A stretch of 64,000 nucleotides of DNA from Octopus vulgaris. Taxonomy: Eukaryota. The stretch covers positions 34,410,001 through 34,474,000 of the forward strand of contig OX597815.1 in NCBI GenBank assembly GCA_951406725.2, given 5' to 3'. The translations under genes were made by a program, and so were the position numbers. Each line of letters opens with the position of its first letter. Within the stretch, counting starts at the first letter, position 1. Below the pieces are notes generated by a model. It saw nothing but the letters and a program-made list of their open reading frames with translations. It made no database searches and had not been told where the DNA came from. Shown here piece by piece: positions 1 through 15,104 of the stretch.

Positions 1-990
1 TCTTACCGTTGGGTAGTTCTACACCATCAGACAACACTGCATCTTTGTATTATAAGCATACCACATTTTTTAGTCCCAAAGTCCATTCCGATATCCTTGC
101 TGAATATTTTCACTGTTGAAACTAGGCCATTTATTTCACATTCAGTCTTCCCAAAGTCATCCATATATAACAGATAAATTAATTTTCCTCCACTTTTCAA
201 GGTGTACCCCGATGTCACTTTCCATAGTATCCATGTGAGGGGTATCATACAAATCACAAACAGCATCTATGATAGGCTATCTCCTTGAAATATGCCTCTC
301 TTGATGTTAACCCTCACCAAACATTTTCAATATGAAGTTGACTCTGTATTCCAGTCCTTCATTGACCTAATAAAATTTGATATGTTATCAGACATCTGTA
401 CCAGATCAAGACATACTAAAATCCAGGAATGGCGGTGGGTGCATATCATACGCTTTCTTATAATCGATCCACGCAATGCCCGGGTTAGTAAGCCTTTCCC
501 CGCAGTCGTTCAGTACCATTCTGTCTATCAGAAGTTGCTCTTTTTCCCTCGGCGTTTTCTTCTGTATTTTTTCTGTTTCACTGGCAGTTTGTCATTTATT
601 TCCAGGAAGTTATACACATAATTTGATATTATTCTTGTCATCAGCTTCCACATCTGAAACAGACAGGTGATAGGTTGGTAATTATCCACTGCATTTCCTT
701 TACTGGAATCCTTTTGGTAAAGAATTCTTTTACCTGTGATTAGCCACTTTGGGATTTTCAGCCGGTTGTTGATCCACTTGCGTGGCTATTCTTCTGTGTA
801 GTACCGAGAAATTTTTCAGCCAATATCCTTGTACCCCATCCGGGCCTGGGCATTTCCAGTTTGGGATCTTTGTTGCCTGTTCGGTTACCACTTCAGCCGC
901 TATTCTAATATTGTTCAGTTTCACTTCATATTTTTCCGATCTTAATTCTTTCAACCATTTAGCATCTTTGTTATGCTTTCTTCTTATCAT
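1..990 (-). mobile_element. Decayed reverse-transcriptase region of an R4/Dong-like (RLE) non-LTR retrotransposon
   Basis: Minus-strand translation gives RT motifs in order: KIPNWKCPGPDGVQGYWLK, NYQPITCL, IAWIDYKKAYDM, VNIKRGIFQGDSLS, LLYMDD, FSKDIGMDFGTKKC; interrupted by stops and frameshifts. Confidence 0.85.
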
Positions 991-1002
991 TATTATTATT
1001 TG

Positions 1003-1222
1003 GGCCGCGAGCTGGCAGGATCGTTAGCATGCCGGGTGAAATGCTTAGCGGTATTTCGTTCGTCTCTACGTTCTGAGTTCAGATTCCGCCGAGTTCGTCT
1101 TTGCCCTTCTTCCGTTCGGGATCGATAAAAAGAATACCACTTGAGCACTGGGGTCGATCTAATCGACTTACGCCCCAAACCCGAAACTGCTAGCCTTGTG
1201 CCAAAATTCAAAACCAGTATTA
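1003..1222 (+). mobile_element. tRNA-derived SINE, family A (Meta-core-like), followed by (ATT)n
   Basis: Head GAGCTGGCAGGATCGTTAGC (A-box-like), GAGTTCAGATTC (B-box-like); body shared with many other copies in the window. Confidence 0.8.
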
Positions 1223-1224
1223 AA

Positions 1225-1278
<54 letters not shown>

Positions 1279-2281
1279 GTTTTCATTTTTTTTTACTATT
1301 TGTCAATGTTAATATTTCCTCTGATCCGATATTAGTTTTGGCTAGATTATTATTAGTATCATCATTATTATTATTATCACTATTATTACCAACATGGTTA
1401 TTATTTCCATTTATTATTAAAAGGTATTATGCAATGTTGTGTTTAGTTTCAACTTTCGTCTTGTACTTGAGATAATCGTAATTACGTGAGGGTTTAAGGA
1501 ACAAGAGAAACAGCTTGGTGAATAGATTAAATTCCACAGATCTGTGAATAGATTCGGCAGATGGTGAAGAGATCAACAATGGGCATTCCTGTGCGATAAG
1601 GAAACAAAAGAGGTCTCACACCTTTGGGGTCAGCAGAGGTCAAATGTGTTTACTACTACTAGCGATCAACTGGGAGCGCTGACGTTGGCCTTGAAAATAA
1701 CCAATTCACCTTGTTCTATTTTTAATTACTGATAGAAAAATGATCATATGTATATATACTGATGTTCACCTCGTTGAATTTTTGAATTTCTGAATCTTTT
1801 TTTCTTTTATATTTTTCTTCCTTTTTATAAGTTTTGTTGTGGTTTGCAGTTCTTGTAATTGTGCAGTTTCTATATATTGGCGGGTGCTTACCTCCTTAAT
1901 TTTTCTGTTTTTTTTAAAATTATTTTTTATCGCACATTTGTGTTATTGCAATAAAAGGCATGTTTACATATTAGGGTAGTCAGGGAGGAAAAAAAAGATA
2001 AAATTTTCACACAAAATTGTAGATATTAAAGTTTTTAAAACCGATCGTTTGTGTGTTTGAAAACTGTAGATATATGTAAGTTTCTTAACTTATTAGGAGG
2101 GAAATTTAGAATACTCACAAGAAATCGTAGATATTCCAGTCTTTGAGAGTTAGAGCGTTATTTTTCAGTTGTCCTGCTGGGTTGTAATAGTGCTTCTGTG
2201 TCTTCGACTGCTGACTGGTCAAAGCAGCGAAGAACACGTCCAGCCGCTGTCAAGGCTGGCGCTCTTTTTATTGTTGGCATT

Positions 2282-2394
2282 ATCATCATCATCATCATCA
2301 TCATCTTCTTCTTCTTCTTCTTCTTCTTCTTCTTCTTCTTCTTCTTCTTCTTCTTCTTCTTCTTCTTCTTCTTCTTCTTCTTCTTCTTCTTCTT
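2282..2394. repeat. Compound (ATC)n(TTC)n microsatellite
   Basis: Directly visible. Confidence 0.95.
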
Positions 2395-2618
2395 TCAGTT
2401 CTATTTCCATTTCTTGCCGACTGTCTTCCAGACAGCTAGGGTAGAGAAATTCACTGTATACATTGGGAGGCCATTAAAATAAACACACCAGATTGTTCAT
2501 TTATAAAATCATGTGATAGAGAAAAAGGGGAAGAAAGACAGATACAAAAAGTTAAAAAAAAAAGGAAAACTTAAAAAATATTAATAAAGAAAATAAAGGG
2601 GAGAAAAGAAAAGAAAAT

Positions 2619-2812
2619 TCATAGCGACAATGCTCTTCTCGGTACGTGTGACGTACCAGTTAAGACAATCTTTTGCACTTCCTGCATGAATGGTTAGTCA
2701 GGGATCATTCTCAAATAATTTTCAGTTCCTTTTTTGCCCATTCCAAGTGCTCCTACAATTACTGGTTTTGTAACCGTCCTGAGGCGCCACATCTTTTCGA
2801 TTTCTATTATTT
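2619..2812 (-). mobile_element. C-terminal RLE end of an R4/Dong-like LINE
   Basis: Minus strand reads IEIEKMWRLRTVTKPVIVGALG...QEVQKIVLTGTSHVPRRALSL*, homologous to the intact tail at 45027-45266 (IPIIVGALG...IQKIALLGTAHILRRTLS). Confidence 0.8.
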
Positions 2813-2824
2813 GGATTAATAGAA

Positions 2825-2857
<33 letters not shown>

Positions 2858-2860
2858 TGT

Positions 2861-2974
2861 CAGTAGTTTTATTTTTATAGCATGCTTTCACTTCACTACC
2901 GAGCGCAGCTCTGTGTGCCTTGGGTATGTGTTGTGATTTGTTGTGATGCTCTGATGGTTATTGTATGGAAAGTG

Positions 2975-2976
<2 letters not shown>
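2861..2976 (-). mobile_element. Very short 5'-truncated copy (3' UTR) of the Dong-like LINE, inside (TAA)n
   Basis: Reverse complement of about 45250-45363; flanked on both sides by (ATT)n. Confidence 0.85.
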
Positions 2977-3066
<90 letters not shown>

Positions 3067-3067
<1 letters not shown>

Positions 3068-3260
3068 CGGCGAGCTGGCACAACAGTTAGTACACCAATT
3101 AAAATGCTTAATGGTATTTCGTCTGTGTTTACATTCTGAGCTCGAATTCCGCCCTGTTCGATTTTGCCTTTCATCTTTCAGGGTGGATGAAATAAGCACC
3201 GGTTGAGACTAGCCCCTTCTCCCGAAATTTCAGGCCTTTTTGTGTAAAATAGACAGGATT
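3067..3260 (+). mobile_element. SINE family A, diverged copy
   Basis: GGCGAGCTGGCA head; TTTTGCCTTTCATCTTTCAGGGTGGATGAAATAAGCACC core. Confidence 0.75.
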
Positions 3261-3605
3261 ATTATTGCTCTTGTTGTTGTGACGGCGTTGATGCTGGTGG
3301 TAGTGTTAGTGTTGGCAACAACATGTCTCTTTAGGTCGCTTGTAAATTTGCTAATTTGTTTATATGTTCAAAAGTTGTTAACTGGTGAAGTTCTGTTATA
3401 CAATATTTAGTCAAGCAGAGTACATAGGTTTGGTTAGCTATTTTGTTTCTTGCCTCTAGTCTTGGGATCAATTTTATTGACCCCCACTCTTTTCAGGTCT
3501 TGTGTGCATGTTAGAAACATTATTATTTGTATTTTTACTGCTTTTCTTATCATCCATCACGTGGCCACGGTTGATCGATGTTAAATGAGGTTCACGTACA
3601 ATATT

Positions 3606-3822
3606 CTTTTATACTCTATGCACAAGGCCCGAAATTTTAGGGAGGGGGGGCTAGTCGATTAGATCGACACCAGTACGCAACTGGTACTTAATCTATCGAT
3701 CCCGAAAGGTTGAAAGGCAAAGTCGACCTCGGTGGAATTTGAACTCAGACCGTAAAGACAGACGAACTATCGCTGAACATTTCGCTCGGCGTGCTAACGT
3801 TTCTGCCAGCTCGCCGCCTTAA
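3606..3822 (-). mobile_element. SINE family A, full length, with 16-bp TSD
   Basis: TSD GTTCAC(G/A)TACAATATT at 3590-3605 and 3823-3838. Confidence 0.9.
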
Positions 3823-4048
3823 GTTCACATACAATATTGCGGTTATCAGGTCCATGTACTCGCTCTGTAGTGATTTTAAGCACAGAACTAATTCTTACTC
3901 AAAATTAAATAATCGATATTTACAAAAAGAAAAACAATCACTGGTCAGAACACGGTGTCTGTAGATCCATTACTGTTTTGAGCAAACTGCTTTTAATACA
4001 AAAGCCTTTAAATACTGCATGTACCGATATTTTGATCTTATTCAAGTA

Positions 4049-4913
4049 CAGCAATCCCTCGCGAGTGTTACGTTCAAAAAGACCCCGCGATAGGTGAAAA
4101 TCCGCGAAGTAAAAACAGTACTGTATATCTTTTTTAATTATTTTTATAATTTGTATATATCTATCTATATATATATAAAGCTGCAGTTGTCTGTGTGTGG
4201 CAGGTTTGGTAGCCTTCAACTAACACTATCTCCTCCGAGACCCTGCGGCGTAAGTTGACCAAAATTAAGAGTATGATAGAAGAAGGCTTGCTCTTCATTT
4301 CCTAGAAGATAAAATTCAAATCGGACCATGTTAAGACCAAAAATTATTTACATCAAAAAGGTGCTTTTTTTTCTATGAAAATCCCTATTTTTTACGATTT
4401 TTTGACTGCTGTGTCGCCATTTTACGGTGTATTTCGACCAGAAAAATGTCCACTTAAAGAGAATAACAAGCTACGTATTGCAAAAATTTTACTTCTCAAA
4501 AATTCCAATTCTAAAGGGACGAAAAAAATCCGTGCAACGTCTGGCGGTACTGCTAGTTTTATTATAGATGCAAAACAACATCACACACTCGCCTCCCGAG
4601 TTTCATTTTCCATACAGTATGTGCGATTCTTTGTTTACTCATGTACGTACACTACGTATTTTCTTTTAATATATTTTAATTAATATGTTATACAGTGCAG
4701 TAGTCTACGGTATCTTTATTTATTACTTTATTATTTTTTAGGCGTGAAAATGCTTATTTTACCACAAAAATAATTAAAATCTAAAAAAGCTATAAATACC
4801 TCTCGGCCGCAGAAACTGAGGCGTCTGCAATATATTTTTACATATATTGGCCAGAAAATCTGCGATGTACTGAGGGCGCGATAGGTGAACCGTGATATAG
4901 CGAGTGATTACTG
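4049..4913 (+). mobile_element. Tigger/pogo-like MITE (Tc1-mariner superfamily) interrupted by a Helitron-like element
   Basis: TIRs CAGCAATCCCTCGC / GCGAGTGATTACTG, preceded by TA; uninterrupted inverted copy at 8015-8486. Confidence 0.8.
4160..4556 (+). mobile_element. Non-autonomous Helitron-like element
   Basis: 5' TC(TATC)TATATATATAAAG; 3' GC-rich degenerate hairpin CCGTGCAACGTCTGGCGG then CTAG; inserted between A and T with no TSD. Confidence 0.75.
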
Positions 4914-5485
4914 TTCATATATTAATTTAAAATGCTTTGTTTCACTAAGTCAAGTTCTTAAGATATTATTAGACCGACTGGTATATAGAATTTAGGATTT
5001 ATAATTTTATATTTTCATTTAAGCCGTATATTTTCTCATTTTATGGAACACTAATCTTGAGCCATAGAATATATAGTTTGTTATTTTTTTTTTTAAAAGT
5101 TCTCTAAATATGAAGTTGATATTAATAATGAAACAGCTTATGTATTATTTTTACCATTTCTAATCCCAGTTTCAATAGTACAGAAATTTAATTATCTCTA
5201 AGTAGTCTGATCCAGGATTAGCAAACGGAAGTATGTAAGTTTTACAATTGAGATTTATTTGAGGTTTTTCTTTACAGAATTCAAACTGGTCACAAACAGA
5301 AACGAAAAAAAATGTCTTTGAGTAAAAAGAGTCCCAAGAACTTGTGAATATGTGAGACCTAGTGTATACATGTGGTACGTGGACAATATGTTTAGAAACT
5401 TGCTTAGGCACAGCAAAAGTGGTTAATCTATTCTCGACAATTCGACAATACTGTCGATCATGACAAAAAAGACCAATCCATGTAT

Positions 5486-5518
5486 CAGACAGACAGACAG
5501 ACTGACAGACAGACAGAC

Positions 5519-5606
<88 letters not shown>
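5486..5606. repeat. (CAGA)n(GATA)n microsatellite
   Basis: Directly visible. Confidence 0.95.
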
Positions 5607-5607
<1 letters not shown>

Positions 5608-5612
5608 TTAAA

Positions 5613-5650
5613 CTGTCCGACGAACGGGAACTTGAAACTCTGAGTAACAG
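5613..5650 (+). ncRNA. Degenerate minimal hammerhead ribozyme motif in a putative Penelope-like terminus (about 5608-5754, ending at (TA)n)
   Basis: CTGT-CCGACGA-A-cgggaactt-GAAA-CTCtGAG-TA-ACAG: stem I CTGT/ACAG, core differs from CUGANGA at one position, stem III CTC/GAG, stem II eroded. Confidence 0.5.
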
Positions 5651-5752
5651 CTTTTGTTATATTTCTGCTGCTTTTAAATGAAGTATATTACTCTACCTCT
5701 GGTATTTGAGTACTCCTTTTTCCACCTTGTTTCACATCTATGTGCTTACTCC

Positions 5753-6322
<570 letters not shown>

Positions 6323-6347
6323 TATATATCTATATCTATATCTATCT

Positions 6348-6415
<68 letters not shown>

Positions 6416-6669
6416 TCGTCTAATGGAGTCACGTGTTACTTTAATATACGAGTGCATGTATGTGTGTGTGTTTATTGCAATAGGTATATATGTGATTGTG
6501 TGTGTGCCTATATACATGTGTGTATGTGTGTAAATGCTTTTAATTATCATTAAAGCCATAACAATGCGAGCTATATGAAAAAATTCAAGGTGATCGTTTG
6601 TATAAACTATCGATTGCAATAGTATCATTTCATATAACACGCATTGTTTTGGCTTTAAAAAATAAGAGC

Positions 6670-7100
6670 ATTTATCTATATGAGACAAAGCCGATATACA
6701 CATGTATATACACAGAAACAGATACATATGCAAACACATATATATGTGGATGCATATGCACACATGCATGTATATATTTAGGCATACATACACGCACACA
6801 TACATGCATGCATACATACATACATACATACATACATACATACATACATACATACATACATACATACATACATACATACATACATACTTACATACATAGG
6901 AAATTCTCTCAACTCAAAATGTACTTTCGTTCTGTTAGCGCTCAGCTTGTACTCTCTTGAGAAAAACTTCAATAATTCTCAAAGAAAAAATTGTATACGC
7001 ACACACAATACATACACACATACACACACTTGCACACAAACACAAACACGCACATACAGAAACACACACACAACCACACACACACATACAAATAAGTATT
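6670..7100. repeat. (TACA)n/(CA)n low-complexity block
   Basis: Directly visible. Confidence 0.9.
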
Positions 7101-7341
7101 CGCGGAGGAAGTAGTACGAGCACCAAAAGGCAATCTTTATGTTCAACTTAAAGTGGATCTCTTGTCGTAACGTCAAATACTGCAGTATCCATCTTGAGAG
7201 ATCTTCTCATGTAGAAGCTTGGATATAAAGATTTCTTTCGACACTACTACAACGTCTGTCGCTTATAATTATTTTTTTAGTAAACCTGCTGGCTGTTTGC
7301 GACATCAGTAACCGAAAAGACACCGGTAATTTCTACTCGTG

Positions 7342-7570
7342 CGGCGAGCTTGCAGAAACGTTAGCACGCCGGGCGAAATGCTCAGCAGTATTTCGTCTGC
7401 CGCTACGTTCTGAGTTCAAATTCCGCCCAGGTCGACTTTGCCTTTCATCCTTTCGGGGTCGATTAAATAAGTACCAGTTACGCACTGGGGTCGATATAAT
7501 CGACTAAATCCGTTTGTCTGTCCCTGTTTGTCCCTTCTGTGTTTAGCCCCTTGAGGGTAGTAAAGAAATA
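7342..7570 (+). mobile_element. SINE family A with perfect 17-bp TSD
   Basis: GGTAATTTCTACTCGTG at 7325-7341 and 7571-7587. Confidence 0.92.
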
Positions 7571-8014
7571 GGTAATTTCTACTCGTGACTGAGAGATTTG
7601 ACTGATATGCGGTTAACGAAAGACTGCCACTGAAGAAATGCAGTATACTGAAATCATGTGATCGGGCAGTTCCTATAACCATACCAGACAATTCTCCTCT
7701 GCCATGATGTATGTACCATGCGTCTGTACGAAAGGACCTCTCAAGGCGAATACCGCATTCCTCGGCGTTCTAACAACACATACACAAGTTGGATTTAAAG
7801 ACTAGCACATGAGTCTATTTGTGTGTGTGTGAGTATGCAGGTATCCCTAAGGCTGGATGGGAAGCATTAGCTCCCTTGCTCACAGTATACGGATACAGAT
7901 GATGTGTCAGTAGCCAGCTGGAAAAGATGTTTTCCTGGGGCTAAACAGTGGTATCATCGTCCTACATACATACATACATACATACATACATACATACATA
8001 CATACATACACACA

Positions 8015-8486
8015 CAGTAATCACACGCCATACCGCGGTTCACTTATCACGCCCTCAGTACATTGCAGATTTTCTGGCTAATATATATAAATTTACATCG
8101 CAGACTCTTCAGTATATAGCGGGTCTTTTGCTGCCGGTAGGCATTTATATTTTTTCAGAATTTAATTAGACATTTTCACGCCTAAAAAATAATAAAGTAA
8201 TAAATAAAGATACAGTAGAGTACTGCACTGTATACCACATTAATTAAAATATATTAAAAGAAAATACGTATTGTACCGTAAATGAGTAAACAAAGAATCG
8301 CACATACTGTATGGAAAATGAAACTTGGGAGACGAGTGTGCAGTGTTATTTTGCCTTCATAATATAATAAATATATACAAATTATAAAAATAATTTTATA
8401 AAAAATAATATAGTACTGTTTTTACTTCGCGGATCTTCTCCTATAGCGGGGCTTTTGAAACACCCGCTATATTTGAGAGATTACTG
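8015..8486 (-). mobile_element. Tigger/pogo-like MITE, uninterrupted copy
   Basis: TIRs CAGTAATCACACGC / GAGAGATTACTG followed by TA; body is the reverse complement of 4049-4159 plus 4557-4913. Confidence 0.8.
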
Positions 8487-8642
8487 TATACATAGATGTG
8501 TGTATAGTTTATTTAAATTGTATTCTTTCTTTTCCGGCCAGATGGTTGCTGAAGTATATAACTCCAGTCTTGAGAAAAATGCGGTTTTAAAAGGAATATT
8601 TACTCTACAAAGTTTATTGAGCTCTCTCTTTATCATTCGTTG

Positions 8643-10670
<2,028 letters not shown>

Positions 10671-11344
10671 TGGTGAAAAAGAGAAGAATAGGTAACAAAT
10701 TAATATCATGCAATCCGAATAAAGTTACTATTTGGCAGAACGTATTGCGAATGTAGGTCGATGCACTTTCTTGTGCATTCTTTCTTTGTGTCAATAGCCT
10801 TAAATTTTTAGGGCGTCTACATCTCTAATGGAATTGCAAATCGAATTCTTGGTTGCAGAACAATTCCTTTCTTTCTCTTTTTTTTTTTTTTTTTTGACAC
10901 AACTATAATGTATCATTTAATAAAATCTTACGTTTATAATATTTGAAGTCTCCTGACTTGTTTTAGGATATATTATTTAATTATATATAATTTGTAAATT
11001 AAATTTTGTAATTTATTATATATGTAAATAAGTAAATGTATATATATATATTTAGAGGTTATTGTATGTTCGTATACTTTAATTCAATATTCATAATTAA
11101 GTTACGTAATTTATAATTAAATCATAATACACTAGTAAATCATTTTGCATTTGTGTTAGTCAAATTCTGTGTTTCTCTGAATTTAGAAACTGGTACTGAA
11201 ATTGTATGACTTCCAAAAGTAGGTTAAGCCGTTTCAGAAAATGTTACGTAAATTATAGAGGCTCCAAAGAGTTCAGTTATAAGCTTTCCTTACACTATTG
11301 TTGTCGTCATCGTTGCTGTTGTTTGTGTGACTAATTAAGCAAAT

Positions 11345-12029
11345 ATAATTGATGGATTCTGAGAACTTTCCGGTCTAGAGAAGCCCACACTATCAACCTT
11401 CTCTACTCTACTTTTTCCCGATCCCACCTTGAATACTGCTGCCCACTGTGGTCTCCCCACACGAAACAACTTATTATGAAAGTGGAAGCACTCCAGAGGT
11501 CACTAACAAGAAAGATAGACGGCATGACAGGTATCGGCTATTGGGGTCGAATAAAGAAAAACTCAATCTCTACTCTCTCCAACGCCGCCGGGAGCGCAAC
11601 ATCATTTGTGTGATGTGGAAAATATTCCATCAATATTGCACAAATGATGTTGATATCAATTTTAAAATCCACCCAAGACTTGGCCACAGTGCTATCTGCC
11701 CACTACAAAAATCGAACTAAGACACATAACAACATTACGACACAACTACCTTACCTCAACCGGTCCAGCTCTCTTTAATATCATGCCAAAATATGTCAAA
11801 ACAGAAACGGATCCCATAAAATTCAATAGTTCTCTAAACAAATTTCTCCAAAAAATCTCGGAACAACCTCATACACCCGGATATATCTCCAATAATAACT
11901 CATTGCTAGAGTATGCTATGGTGCCCCATATATGACTAAAAGACTTCACTAGGTGGTGTTATTAAATTAGACATGGCCACTGTCTAATACTAGCCGAAAC
12001 CTATCAAAGTTAATCAAAGTTAATCAAAG
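11345..12029 (+). mobile_element. 5'-truncated CR1/L2-group LINE, decayed 3' portion
   Basis: WILRTFRSRE..RSHLEYCCPLWSPH..LYSLQRRRER; tandem tail (ATCAAAGTTA)n; paralogous to 56805-57597. Confidence 0.85.
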
Positions 12030-12235
12030 ATACATATAGCAACTGCTTCAAAAACGATTGACGCAAACATCAAAATCTTCTATTAAGCCTTGGTCGCCAT
12101 TATAATTCACTGATTATATGTGTGGCTGTGTGTGAGAGAGAGTATCTATATATTATGTATATGTATACGTACATAAATGCATAAGCATGTGTGTGTGTGT
12201 ATACAGATGTGCGTGTGTATGTATATGTGTGAGTG

Positions 12236-12267
<32 letters not shown>

Positions 12268-13299
12268 AGACGTGTGTGTGTGTGTGTGTTAGTAATATTT
12301 GTGTGACATCTAGGTCTTCTCTTGCTGTATAAGTGGAACGTGATGGATAAGTGCAATGAATCTCTTAGCAGAATAAAAAACGTATTCCCTGACTTTCATG
12401 TATATAGTTTGGTGTAAAAATGAAGAGAAGATACAGGGATAAAGAGATAAAGAGAAATGGGGAGAAAGAAAAAAGAAAAGAGATATAAATGTAGAAACAA
12501 AAAAAGAGAAATTGTAGACTACAGGCAAAGTAGTTTGGAAAATATAGTGATCGTAATTTAGTATAGACGGGAACATAAAAAATCCGAGCGTATGATCACT
12601 ATCTAGCGTTCTCATGATAAGCACCGCTTAGACCAAAGTTTGCAGTGAAAATAGGATTTACGAGGTAAAAGTACATAATCCAAAAACGGTGCTTGATATG
12701 GAACTTTAGCTAACTGGATTTTAGAAATAAACCATACCAACATGTCAGCTACTTTAATCATAAAACAATGCATCCTTCTCCAGGAAAAATAAGGAAAAGA
12801 CATTAAGGTCACATGATAAGTCTTGGTCAGAAGAATGTCTTGCAGAGAAATATATTTTGTTTTAGTGCTCACAGACAACGTCTCTCAACCTAGTCTCTAC
12901 TTTGTCGCACGACTTAATAAATATCAACAAGTTAATCTTCCTCAAGTGAACGTTGTCTTAAAAAGAGAGGGTTAATTAGTTAATGTCCTTGATACACTAT
13001 GTTCAAAAAATGTTTTTAAAGGAATATATGAGCTATTTAGGTTTGTGTAGCCGTTTTGCGGACGTATACGTAATATTTTCATGAGAATAAGTTTCTCACC
13101 TTAGGCCCCCGTTCGGTACTCAGCTCTCATTAGTGACTACAAGTTGTAGGATGCGCAGTGATTGCTTACCGCTAAACTGCTTTAAAAGGCGGACTAAACT
13201 AGATGGGGATGGTCGCTGGATCTCAAAATATCGATGAGTTAGTGTATCTACCCTCCAATGTGAAGACTGAGTCCGGTGGGTTGAATGGACAAGACCATT

Positions 13300-13900
13300 A
13301 GTGAGTCCGACAATAAAAATTATAGCTTTAGTAAGCATTGTGGAATGGTAAGAGCACCACTAATCGCTTTAGACCGGATCATCGATTGCTTTCAGGCCTG
13401 TAAGTGAAAAACTAGACTCTCCTATCAGGACTAACAAAGTAAAATATGCTTAAGGTTCTCGGTAATCTCAACATAGTTTGACTGAAACAACTAAGGGAAA
13501 GTTATCAGAAGAACGTAATCGAAAATTGAAACAACAATGGCTTTCAGGTGTTAAGAATATGCGCAGAGTATGAGCTGATTATCATAAATATCGTTTCTCC
13601 CTCAGTCCAGCATTATGATAGGATGTCACAGATGCACCCCAACTCTAATCACATGTATATTATCGATTACGCCATCATTGAGAAAAGAGGCAAGGCATAA
13701 GGTTGACCAAGGTCATTTATAGAACCGACTGCTGGATTAACCATAACCTCATCAAGCCCAAGTTCAATGTCCACATTTAGCACATACAACTGTCTCTGGA
13801 GAAAATACAATCATGCGGCTGAACGTCTTGAAGCTGCTTTCAATGTATGCCTTAAAGAATGTCAGTGAAGATCTGGAGAAGCTCAAAAGATTCAACTACC
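13300..13900 (+). mobile_element. Highly decayed RTE-clade LINE, APE endonuclease region
   Basis: QVLRICAEYELIIIN...MHPNSNHMYIIDYAII...DCWINHNLI resembles the RTE motif TCAEHxLxITNT...WMHPRSKHWHLIDYVIV...DCWTDHRLI. Confidence 0.6.
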
Positions 13901-14934
13901 TCTCTGTGGAATCTGTTGGTGTGATAGAAAATTGAACAACCATCGTGGAGCTATTTAATGTAACATCATTTGAACATTTTGGCACCTGCCACTGTATGGA
14001 GGAGTATGTTGAAGTAAAAAAGTATGTTGAGTAAAAAAGATCTCTGAAAGCTGCCCAGTATTTCCATCCTGAACCGATCGGTTTCATTGTTGCCTAACAC
14101 CTCATCACAATCCACTTGAACAAATTCTAATAAACATACTCGATAAAGAATATATGGTAAATGGAATACTTTAACGCTGAGCTACATTATATTCTACGTT
14201 ATAAAACATGGAACAGAATTTGAGAACCCAAAATATATTACACAAAACTGATGAATATATAAGGACCTATTAATGAGCCGTGTAATGTTCTAGTCTGTGT
14301 TTCTGCTAAGCATAGAAACGACCAGCGTCGTCAGTCATTTTCTTAGAAACACATAACAGTGGCATTATGCTAACTAAATAGCTATCACGAACGGTCGTTT
14401 GGTGACTATTAAACAAATGAGCGGAAACGTGAAGTGATTCGAACACAAAAGTAATCAACCCACAATTCATTCCGAGCATATGGAAAACATTTAAGCAATT
14501 AATGAAATTTTAACGGGCACATATTATAGAATATGACTAATATACACACACACACACAAGTCTTTCAGTAATAATTACCAACAATCAGAAGTCTGATTCA
14601 GCTATTCGGTTAAATGGAATATGTTCTTGAAGGTTAAGCTTGGTGAACAATCGCCCTCCATTCCGAGAAATTCACAATGACTACAACTTAAATAGATATG
14701 AATGAATGTGTGTGCACCCATATATAACCATTTACGTAAATACATACATATTTACATAAGTGTTTGTACACAGACACTCTTTCTTTCTTTCTCTCTCTCT
14801 TTCTCTCTCTCACACACGCGTACACCGACACACGAGCTGTCGACGGCCAAACTTCCAAAACATAGTCATTCAGTGTTTCTGTGTACTAAAGTTTATGTGT
14901 GTGTGAATACACACACTCATATTTGTGTACGTTG

Positions 14935-15104
<170 letters not shown>

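Noticed and set aside
5235-5277. GTAAGT...TTTCTTTACAG intron-like segment
   Set aside because: Only 43 nt long, and flanking frames give no recognisable protein
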